A stretch of 64,000 nucleotides of DNA from a virus (Duplodnaviria; Caudoviricetes): the IMG/VR virus record IMGVR_UViG_3300017722_005389. One strand, written 5' to 3'. The stretch's first letter is position 1; the number at the start of each line of letters is the position of its first letter. Of the stretch, positions 57,090 to 64,000 are shown one piece after another. The translations under genes were made by a program, and so were the position numbers. The notes beneath the pieces were generated by a model that did not search any database, was not told where the DNA came from, and was given only the letters and a program-made list of their open reading frames with translations.

Positions 57090-58274
57090 ATGAAAACTTT
57101 AGAAGATTTCACACCGAGTATTGCAGCAAAAATTCCAGAATACCAACAAAGAGCCTTAGAAGGTATTTTTGATGGTGGTCGTTACTCTAAATTCGATTTA
57201 GATAAAGCTAAGGCTTGTGTCGATTGGAATTATAAATACAGTGGAATTGAAGCCCCTAAATGGGTATTTGCAGCTGAAAATCCATTTGAGGCACAATTGA
57301 TGTATAATTACATCTTAGCTCAATTGAATGAAAATCCAAGCCTGAAGGATGGGGAAAAATATCTTGGACCATTTCTCCCAAAGGAAGAAAATATCAAGGA
57401 CTACTTGGAATACCAAGAGAACTATGTATTCACGATGAATGTCTATTCTGATTGCTATTATACTTGGTATGAGTTCATCAGAAAAGAATTTGAACTACCT
57501 TTGACAATAAATGATGACTTTCAAGAGTGTTTCCGCTTACAAAGGGAATCAGGCATTTTCAATGTTATTTGTAATGAATTGTTTGCTGTTGTTTCCAAAT
57601 ATCCTACAAAGGTTCATTGGAATTCTGAAAACCAGTTACATAACCTTTCAGGGGTAGCTGTAGAATGGTCTTCAACAGCACCATACACACAATTTGATTG
57701 CTATTATATCAATGGTAGAAATTTACCTACTGAAATTTATTTAGCGATCCAAAATAATACTTATAAAGTAGAAGACTTTTTCTCTGAAGAGAATGAAGAA
57801 ACTAAGTCTACTGCAATCATGTACATTCAAGAATTGCATGGTGATACAGCTTTAATTGATTTCTTGGGTGATAATTTGAAAGAAGTTGATACTTATATAG
57901 ACAAGAAGGCTGAAAAGTTTTTAGAAGGTACTACAAATGGTCAAAACATTGGAGTTTATACTTTGTTCGTTGGAGAAATTTTAGATGAAAAGGTTGCATA
58001 TGTCAGATGCTATTGCCCATCGACAGATAGACTTTTCTTCTTAGGAGTGGAACCTACACATAAGAACGCAAAAGATGCAATTGCTTCTTTGTATACAATT
58101 CCTAAAAAGTTAAAGCCTTATATTAAATATATCCAAAGACAGGGTGAAAGATTTTCAACTGTATTTGATGAAAAAGGTAAAACCTTGATGAGTGAATTGT
58201 CTAAAGAAGATTTGGCTGATATGATATCTATCACTGGTGATGAATATTTCAGCAAAATGCAATATGAATACTAA
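57090..58274 (+). CDS. DUF6745-like protein
   Basis: AENPFEAQ, DCYY.WYEF, YPTKVHW.SENQLHNLSGVAVEW, YYINGR.LP, NEETK, VRCYCPSTDRLFFLGV; family recalled from motifs. Confidence 0.65.
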   Translation: MKTLEDFTPSIAAKIPEYQQRALEGIFDGGRYSKFDLDKAKACVDWNYKYSGIEAPKWVFAAENPFEAQLMYNYILAQLNENPSLKDGEKYLGPFLPKEENIKDYLEYQENYVFTMNVYSDCYYTWYEFIRKEFELPLTINDDFQECFRLQRESGIFNVICNELFAVVSKYPTKVHWNSENQLHNLSGVAVEWSSTAPYTQFDCYYINGRNLPTEIYLAIQNNTYKVEDFFSEENEETKSTAIMYIQELHGDTALIDFLGDNLKEVDTYIDKKAEKFLEGTTNGQNIGVYTLFVGEILDEKVAYVRCYCPSTDRLFFLGVEPTHKNAKDAIASLYTIPKKLKPYIKYIQRQGERFSTVFDEKGKTLMSELSKEDLADMISITGDEYFSKMQYEY

Positions 58275-58304
58275 ACATTTTTTAAAATTTTAAAACAAAT
58301 TATT

Positions 58305-58532
58305 ATGTCAACAAAAATCAATGTTGCTCCAACAAGTACAGAGGGGCATTTCGTAGAAGGCGCAAATCAAGTTATCGAACTTGATGCTATCAATGAAACA
58401 TTTGCAGTAATTGGTAGTGCCAAATTAGTAACAAAAAATCACACCTCCTTAGATTTGGCTGAGGATTGTTTGATTACTTGTCAACAGGTATATAACCCTT
58501 TTGCCAAAGTATTTCAAAAAAGTCGTGACTAG
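58305..58532 (+). CDS. small His-containing (cupin-like) partner usually found next to DUF6745 genes
   Basis: EGH...L.TKNHTSL.L...QQVYNPF...RD resembles the GE.TGH.H...HEEH...QREY.P...D pattern. Confidence 0.55.
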   Translation: MSTKINVAPTSTEGHFVEGANQVIELDAINETFAVIGSAKLVTKNHTSLDLAEDCLITCQQVYNPFAKVFQKSRD

Positions 58533-58552
58533 TTTTCATGTTCTATTTTTAG

Positions 58553-58582
58553 AAGGGGATGGTAATATCATCCCCTTTTTAT
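58553..58582 (+). terminator. intrinsic terminator
   Basis: AAGGGGATG-GTAATAT-CATCCCCTT then T run. Confidence 0.75.
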
Positions 58583-58596
58583 TTAAATTATTTTAA

Positions 58597-58794
58597 ATGG
58601 AAAATCTCAATAAAAAAATTCGTAATCAAAATCAAATTTACGATAAATTACATTCTTGGATGGACAATATAATCGATATCGAACTCGGTAGGAAACTTGA
58701 TAGTAAACTATTTGATCCAAACTTTCATCACAGGATACGTATTTTACTCCATATTCAACTTGAAACTGAAATGAAACATGAAAAACCTCGTTAG
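58597..58794 (+). CDS. QL-repeat mini-protein 22
   Basis: Family pattern. Confidence 0.72.
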   Translation: MENLNKKIRNQNQIYDKLHSWMDNIIDIELGRKLDSKLFDPNFHHRIRILLHIQLETEMKHEKPR

Positions 58795-58990
58795 TAAAAT
58801 TTATTCGGAAATATATAACAAATTTCACAATGTCCTTTGTTTTGAAACAGATGGTAAATTAGCATCTAATCTTCAAAGGAACGTAGAAGAAAAACTTTAT
58901 AAGGATATTGAAGCCAAATTTCGCTGGCAGCTTTGTGGTGAAATTGACTTTCAACTTCAAAAAAACATGAAGAATGAAGAATTTAAATAA
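58778..58990 (+). CDS. QL-repeat mini-protein 23
   Basis: Family pattern, divergent. Confidence 0.72.
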   Translation: MKNLVSKIYSEIYNKFHNVLCFETDGKLASNLQRNVEEKLYKDIEAKFRWQLCGEIDFQLQKNMKNEEFK

Positions 58991-59180
58991 AAAACTATAC
59001 TCAAAGTTAAATTTTAATCTTAATGAAGATCTTGAAATTAAGATTGAACCTGGAATGAGTAATCAACTTTATAATCAACTTTATTTAGGAATAGTCATGG
59101 AAGTTGACAGGCAACTTCATTGGAATATTGATGAACAAATTGGTAGTCAACTTCAATTGAAAAAAAAAAATAGTTTCTAA
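58974..59180 (+). CDS. QL-repeat mini-protein 24
   Basis: Family pattern. Confidence 0.72.
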   Translation: MKNLNKKLYSKLNFNLNEDLEIKIEPGMSNQLYNQLYLGIVMEVDRQLHWNIDEQIGSQLQLKKKNSF

Positions 59181-59389
59181 TGAAGAATATAAATGACAAA
59201 ATAACTAAAGGGGTGTATTTCGATGAAAATCTTCAAGTGGAGATTATGAATCAATTGCAGCCATATGATATTCATGAAAGGCTTGGTAGTTTGCTTTCTC
59301 AGAAAATCAACAGGTGTCTTAAATGGCAATTAAGAAATGAGATGAAAATAGGATTAATTCGTTTTAGGAACAAAAAACGTTATGGTTGA
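59180..59389 (+). CDS. QL-repeat mini-protein 25 (divergent)
   Basis: MKNIN start. Confidence 0.68.
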   Translation: MKNINDKITKGVYFDENLQVEIMNQLQPYDIHERLGSLLSQKINRCLKWQLRNEMKIGLIRFRNKKRYG

Positions 59390-59392
59390 AAT

Positions 59393-59596
59393 ATGAAAAA
59401 TCTTAGTAAAAATATTAATTATCAAATCAGTAGACAATTTGATAGCAAACTTGGTAGTCAACTTAAAAATCAACTTGAAAGTCGACTTCGTAGTCAACTT
59501 TTTAGTCAACTTTATAATCAACTTGATAGACAACTTTATTGGCAGCTTAATGAACAACTTGAAACTCAAATGAAACATGAAAAATTTAAATTCTAA
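59393..59596 (+). CDS. QL-repeat mini-protein 26
   Basis: Family pattern. Confidence 0.75.
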   Translation: MKNLSKNINYQISRQFDSKLGSQLKNQLESRLRSQLFSQLYNQLDRQLYWQLNEQLETQMKHEKFKF

Positions 59597-59789
59597 AATA
59601 CACAGAGGTATATATATCGATTTCATTCATGAGGTTGGTGAAGAGTTGACTGAAGGTAAGATAGATAGTCATTTTCTTTTTGAGCTTGACAGATTGATTT
59701 TGTCAAATGTGCTTTTTGATGCAAGGCGTAGTTTTAGATTGATTAATTCTCAAGTGAAAAATAAAATTTCTAATGAAAAATTTAAATAA
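59577..59789 (+). CDS. QL-repeat mini-protein 27 (divergent)
   Basis: MKNLNSKI start. Confidence 0.7.
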   Translation: MKNLNSKIHRGIYIDFIHEVGEELTEGKIDSHFLFELDRLILSNVLFDARRSFRLINSQVKNKISNEKFK

Positions 59790-60009
59790 AAAACTTGATA
59801 CCTTAGAATTTAGTATAAACAGGCAAATTAACAATAAACTATGTAGACCTCTTTATAAGCATTTGTTTAAAGAGTTTGTGCCTATTTCAATTGATATTTT
59901 TTCTTTGCAAATGGAAATAAATCTTACAGATGATATTTTTTCTTTGCAAATGGAAATAAATCTTTCAAATGAAATCAAAAAAATTAAGCAACATGGAAAA
60001 TCTCAATAG
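59773..60009 (+). CDS. QL-repeat mini-protein 28
   Basis: Internal DIFSLQMEINL duplication. Confidence 0.7.
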   Translation: MKNLNKKLDTLEFSINRQINNKLCRPLYKHLFKEFVPISIDIFSLQMEINLTDDIFSLQMEINLSNEIKKIKQHGKSQ

Positions 60010-60217
60010 TAATATTGGTAGGCAACTTCTTAGTCAACTCGGTAGTCAACTTAAAGTTGCTCTTGAAATGCAACTTCTTAGTCCACTTTACAGTCAACTC
60101 GGTAATCAACTTGAAAGTCAACTTGAAAGTCAACTTGGTAATCAACTTTTTTGGATACTTGATGAACGACTTGGTGAACAACTTAAAACTCAAATGGAAC
60201 ATGGAAAATATCAGTAA
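59993..60217 (+). CDS. QL-repeat mini-protein 29
   Basis: MENLNSNIG start. Confidence 0.75.
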   Translation: MENLNSNIGRQLLSQLGSQLKVALEMQLLSPLYSQLGNQLESQLESQLGNQLFWILDERLGEQLKTQMEHGKYQ

Positions 60218-60425
60218 CGATATTAATAGTGAACTTAATAGCCAAATTCATATACGACTCCGTAGTCAACTCGGTAGTCAACTTAAAGTTGCTCGTGAAA
60301 TGCAACTTCTTAGTCCACTTTACAGTCAACTCGGTAATCAACTTGATAGGCAACTTTATAACCAATTTAGTACTCAAATTGATGGGTAACTTCAAAATCA
60401 ATTGAAACATGGAAAATCTCAGTAA
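60201..60425 (+). pseudogene. QL-repeat mini-protein 30 with premature TAA (60387-60389)
   Basis: GGG-TAA-CTT where paralogs have GGG-CAA-CTT; frame continues LQNQLKHGKSQ. Confidence 0.6.
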
Positions 60426-60621
60426 AGATATTAATAGTGAAATTTATAGTCAATTAAATAAACCAATCAGTAGTCAACTCGGTAGTCGACTTAAAGTTGC
60501 TTATGAAATGCAACTTCTTAGTCCACTTTGTATTCAACTCACTCTTCAATTTAATTTGGGACTTTGCAGTCAACTTGATAGGCAACTTAAAAATAAAATG
60601 AAAAATGGAAAATTTCAGTAA
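60409..60621 (+). CDS. QL-repeat mini-protein 31
   Basis: Family pattern. Confidence 0.75.
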   Translation: MENLSKDINSEIYSQLNKPISSQLGSRLKVAYEMQLLSPLCIQLTLQFNLGLCSQLDRQLKNKMKNGKFQ

Positions 60622-60670
60622 AAAGATTAGGTAAATTTTAACTCAAATGAAGCATGGAAATTTTAAATAA
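60605..60670 (+). pseudogene. collapsed relic of a QL unit
   Basis: MENFSKKIR* directly followed by the TQMKHGNFK* end; core deleted. Confidence 0.6.
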
Positions 60671-60851
60671 GGAAATTTGTAATCAACTTGAAATAAAAAT
60701 TAGTCATAAGTTACAAAATCAGCTTTACAATCGATTTGACATTCAAATGAAAGATATATTTATTAGCCATTTTGATATTGCGTTTTTTCGGCAGTTATAT
60801 CGGAATCTTGACAGGCAGAGTTATTGGTTGCTGAAGAAAAAGTTGAAATAA
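60654..60851 (+). CDS. QL-repeat mini-protein 32
   Basis: Family pattern. Confidence 0.72.
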   Translation: MEILNKEICNQLEIKISHKLQNQLYNRFDIQMKDIFISHFDIAFFRQLYRNLDRQSYWLLKKKLK

Positions 60852-60911
60852 ATTTCTTTTTTTGAAATATTATTTTTACCTTTGAGGAAAATAGTTTAAT
60901 TCTAATGGAAC

Positions 60912-61157
60912 ATGGAAAATATTAGTAAAAAGATAAATAGTAAACCTGATAGTCAACTTTTTTGGCAACTTGAAAGTCAACTTTATAATCAACTCCATAA
61001 TCAACTCCATAATCAACTTCAACAACTTGATAGGCAACTTGGTAATCAACTTGAAAGTCAACTTTATTGGGTACTTCTTAGTCCACTTTACAGTCAACTT
61101 CGTAGTCAACTTAGTGAACAACTCAAAACTCAAATGGAAGATGGAAAATCTCAGTAG
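60912..61157 (+). CDS. QL-repeat mini-protein 33
   Basis: Family pattern. Confidence 0.75.
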   Translation: MENISKKINSKPDSQLFWQLESQLYNQLHNQLHNQLQQLDRQLGNQLESQLYWVLLSPLYSQLRSQLSEQLKTQMEDGKSQ

Positions 61158-61335
61158 AAAGATACATAGTTCCCAATTTGTTAAAATTCATAGGGAGCTT
61201 AATGGAGAACTTGATTGGAGATTTAGTCTTAAAGTGCAAAATTATATCACCGATGAATTACAAATGAGAGCTGTCAAAATTATATTTGGTTTATTGAATA
61301 TACAACTTTTGAAGGAACTTAAAAAGAAAAAATGA
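61141..61335 (+). CDS. QL-repeat mini-protein 34
   Basis: MENLSRKIH start. Confidence 0.7.
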   Translation: MENLSRKIHSSQFVKIHRELNGELDWRFSLKVQNYITDELQMRAVKIIFGLLNIQLLKELKKKK

Positions 61336-61544
61336 AAAATCTTAATAATGAAATTCGTAATAAAGCCCATGAAAAACTTTACGGTAAACTCTATAGTGAA
61401 CTTTATAAGCAACTAAATTGGCAGCTCACTAAAACACTCTATACTCAATTGATGCAGCCAATTGAAAATTTATATACTGAAGATTTTTATTGGCAACTTT
61501 ATGGGCAACTTGAAAATCAAATGGAAGATGGAAAACCTCAATAG
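61332..61544 (+). CDS. QL-repeat mini-protein 35
   Basis: Family pattern. Confidence 0.75.
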   Translation: MKNLNNEIRNKAHEKLYGKLYSELYKQLNWQLTKTLYTQLMQPIENLYTEDFYWQLYGQLENQMEDGKPQ

Positions 61545-61734
61545 AAAAATTAGTAATAAACTTGATATTCAAATTGAACTTAATGAGGAAATCGATGTAG
61601 AACTTGATAATCAACTTGATAATCAATTTTATAGTCAAATTGATAGGAAACTTTATTGGCAACTCCGTAGTCAACTTAGTAGTCAACTTCACAGGCAACT
61701 TAAAATTCAAATAAAACATGGAAAATCTCAATAG
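61528..61734 (+). CDS. QL-repeat mini-protein 36
   Basis: MENLNRKIS start. Confidence 0.75.
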   Translation: MENLNRKISNKLDIQIELNEEIDVELDNQLDNQFYSQIDRKLYWQLRSQLSSQLHRQLKIQIKHGKSQ

Positions 61735-61906
61735 AAATATTAATTATCAAATCAGTAGACAATTTGATAGCAAAATTGATAATCAACTTAAATATCAACT
61801 TTATAGCCAACTTCGTAGTCAATTTCATAGTAGACTTAATACACAACTTTTTTGGCAACTTCGCAGTCAACTTAAAATTCAAATGGAACATGGAAAATCT
61901 CAATAG
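61718..61906 (+). CDS. QL-repeat mini-protein 37
   Basis: Family pattern. Confidence 0.75.
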   Translation: MENLNRNINYQISRQFDSKIDNQLKYQLYSQLRSQFHSRLNTQLFWQLRSQLKIQMEHGKSQ

Positions 61907-62090
61907 AAAAATTCGTAATAGTATTCATTTGAAATTTAATAATAGTGTTGAGAGGGTAAATTATCAATTCGATAGTAAATTACATAGTGAACTCCGTATG
62001 GAATTTAACAATCCAATTTATAATCAAATCAATTGGGAGTTTCATAGCAAACTTAATAATCAAATTTCAACCATTAGACAATCTCATTAG
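61890..62090 (+). CDS. QL-repeat mini-protein 38
   Basis: MENLNRKIR start. Confidence 0.7.
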   Translation: MENLNRKIRNSIHLKFNNSVERVNYQFDSKLHSELRMEFNNPIYNQINWEFHSKLNNQISTIRQSH

Positions 62091-62114
62091 TAAAACTTTT
62101 AAAATAAAATAATT

Positions 62115-62432
62115 ATGACAGCAGTAGAATTTTTAGAAAATGAGTTAAAAAATAGATATTCATTAGATAATTCTGAACCCTTATTCCAGCAAGCCAAAGA
62201 ACTTGAAAAGCAGCGAGCTAAAACAATGTATACCGAGGAAGATTTAATTTTCATTGAAGTAAAAAAACTTCTTCAGAAGAAAGAAGATGAACTTCGTTGG
62301 TATATGGAAAAATATTTTTCTGAAGAAGAAATGGTTAAACATTCAGAGAATCTTTTAAGAATGATTTCCGATAATGGTGAGGTTGCATTTATTAAAATGC
62401 AGTTTTTAAAATCAAAGGTTCCTGGGCAGTGA
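62115..62432 (+). CDS. hypothetical protein
   Basis: MTAVEFL...FQQAKELEKQ. Confidence 0.65.
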   Translation: MTAVEFLENELKNRYSLDNSEPLFQQAKELEKQRAKTMYTEEDLIFIEVKKLLQKKEDELRWYMEKYFSEEEMVKHSENLLRMISDNGEVAFIKMQFLKSKVPGQ

Positions 62433-62439
62433 ATTTCTA

Positions 62440-62712
62440 TTAATATTCTTCGCTTGACCTTTTGCTTGGAGAAAATGATTGTTTAAAAGTAGTTCCGTTA
62501 CTCATAGAGATCCAATCGGATTGCATAAGACGATCTTCTATTTCATCTATAAACCTATTTCTTTCTCTATAATTAGAAAAATCGACATTATTATCATTAG
62601 CCATCGCTAATTCTCCATCTAATAGTGAACGTAAATTGATGCCCATTCCTTCACTTTCTTCCTTAAGAACTTTTTTCACTAAGTTCCTCAATTCATTTAA
62701 ACTGATTTTCAT
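62440..62712 (-). CDS. hypothetical (putative virion) protein
   Basis: MKISLNELRNLVKKVLKEE leader, TATTTATA upstream. Confidence 0.65.
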   Translation of the reverse strand: MKISLNELRNLVKKVLKEESEGMGINLRSLLDGELAMANDNNVDFSNYRERNRFIDEIEDRLMQSDWISMSNGTTFKQSFSPSKRSSEEY

Positions 62713-62816
62713 ATTTAAATTATTTTTTATTATAAATATATACCAAACGGAAAAAAAGTCTTATATTTGAGGCTTAATTAACATTATTAATAACATTTAT
62801 TTAAAAATCAAAAATT

Positions 62817-63656
62817 ATGAATCTTATAACATCAAACACTCCAGGGTTCCACAAAAACATTCTTTTTAACATTTTAACTGAATTGGGTTATGTGGATATT
62901 TTAGATTTCCAAAAGAGAAATGGATTAACTGCAGATGGGTTATTTGGAATAAATTCTTACAATAAATTGTATAGCATTCTTTTGAAAGTTGAGGCTATCG
63001 ATTTTGAGGGGTATTATTTTAAAGCTACATTTCCTAAAAAGCAAATTATTTGGCATCATAGTGCAGGTTGGGACAATGTGAGGGGGATGTTTGATTGGTG
63101 GAAGAACGATAAAGCATATCATGTAGCAACTGCAATTGGTATAAATGATGAAGGAAAAGTATATCGTGGATTTGATGAATCTTTTTGGGCTGCTTCTATT
63201 GGTTGTACATCAGATATTTTTATTGCTAACAATGTTCATTTGAAATATGTAAATGGAAGAGTTGTAAATAACACTGAATTAGATCAAGCTGCTGTGGTAG
63301 TTGAAGTTGGCAATTGGGGTTCTTTAACATTCAAAGATGGCAAATATTATTCTTGGGCAAATGCGGTTGTTCCTATAGAAAAAGTTATTGAACTAAATTA
63401 TAAGCATGTACAATTTTATGAAGCCTATACTGATGCAGAAATCAAAACTTTGAAATACTGGACATTGTTGAATGCTATACGTTTTCAAATACCTGTAGAT
63501 TATAGTTATGATGATTTCTTCAAAGTGAGTAAAAAGGCTTTATCTGGAGAAAAAGGGGTATTTACTCATAATTCATATCGTTCAGATAAAAGTGATGTAA
63601 GTCCTCAGCCAAAATTGATTAAAATGGCTGAATCAATGATTGAATATACAAAATAG
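62817..63656 (+). CDS. N-acetylmuramoyl-L-alanine amidase endolysin with PG-binding domain
   Basis: FQKRNGLTADGLFG; IIWHHSAG; VVVEV; THNSYRSDKSDVSP. Confidence 0.8.
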   Translation: MNLITSNTPGFHKNILFNILTELGYVDILDFQKRNGLTADGLFGINSYNKLYSILLKVEAIDFEGYYFKATFPKKQIIWHHSAGWDNVRGMFDWWKNDKAYHVATAIGINDEGKVYRGFDESFWAASIGCTSDIFIANNVHLKYVNGRVVNNTELDQAAVVVEVGNWGSLTFKDGKYYSWANAVVPIEKVIELNYKHVQFYEAYTDAEIKTLKYWTLLNAIRFQIPVDYSYDDFFKVSKKALSGEKGVFTHNSYRSDKSDVSPQPKLIKMAESMIEYTK

Positions 63657-63689
63657 TATTATATCAAATTTAACAAAAAATAATTTCAA

Positions 63690-64000
63690 ATGAACTTAGC
63701 TTCCGCACAAAGAATTGTTAGCATCACTCCAATTGAAGGAGCTGATGCAATTGAAACTGCAATGGTTTTAGGATGGGAAATTGTTGTCAAAAAAGGGGAA
63801 TATCAAGTTGGCGATTTATGCTGCTATATTCAAATTGATACAGTGGTTCCAGAGAAACCTGAATATGAATTTTTGATAGATCGAAAGTTTCGAGTGAGAA
63901 CTATTAAACTCAGAAAGCAAATTTCTCAAGGACTTATTGTTCCTTTACCTGAAGGAAACTGGTCTGAAGGAGATGACTTAACAGATGTTATCGGTGTGAA
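63690..64000 (+). CDS. RNA ligase (DRB0094/Rnl2-like), 5' part, cut by the window end
   Basis: MNLASAQRIVSITPIEGADAIE.A.VLGWEIVVKKGEYQVGD...IQID..VP...R..KLRKQISQGL. Confidence 0.85.
   Translation, partial: MNLASAQRIVSITPIEGADAIETAMVLGWEIVVKKGEYQVGDLCCYIQIDTVVPEKPEYEFLIDRKFRVRTIKLRKQISQGLIVPLPEGNWSEGDDLTDVIGV

Noticed and set aside
52894-61903. Antisense KLTIKL-type ORFs and alternate-frame NLIVN-type ORFs
   Set aside because: Shadows of the CAACTT repeat; no consistent starts or junction pattern
52577-62090. Diversity-generating retroelement or CRISPR explanation for the QL array
   Set aside because: No reverse transcriptase in the window; differences are block exchanges and indels, not adenine-specific; units are ORFs, not repeat-spacer pairs

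Overview
AT-rich segment of a large (jumbo-type) lytic phage, most likely infecting a Bacteroidota host. The host call rests on TTTG-N19-21-TAnnTTTG promoters, A-rich leaders without Shine-Dalgarno sites, and a DUF3127 SSB. Layout: (1) 1-3.6 kb: plus-strand genes with an atypical tRNA-like element, a ParB-like gene, a lipoprotein and a convergent holin. (2) 3.7-27.8 kb: minus-strand early/accessory region of about 45 small genes. Many sit in cassettes delimited by a repeated 45-bp hairpin-plus-promoter element or by ~330-bp spacers. It includes a stand-alone alanyl-tRNA synthetase catalytic domain, an SLT-like enzyme, GP88-like and ArdC-like genes, and a ~500-nt highly structured non-coding stretch. 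(3) 27.9-28.9 kb: TATACG-rich tandem repeats at the strand switch (origin or terminus candidate). (4) 29-52 kb: putative late/virion genes sharing N-terminal leader motifs and a TATTTATA upstream motif (LRR, HExxH proteins, tail-like paralogs, GH108-like), plus a DNase I-like nuclease, DEAH and SNF2-like helicases, DHFR, a homing endonuclease and an endolysin. (5) 52.6-62.1 kb: 38 overlapping paralogous mini-genes encoding QLxx-repeat peptides, split in two by a self-contained DUF6745-like gene plus small-partner operon. This is the strongest candidate for an undescribed system. (6) 62.8-64 kb: amidase endolysin and a truncated RNA ligase. All family names are from motif recognition by eye; no database search was run.
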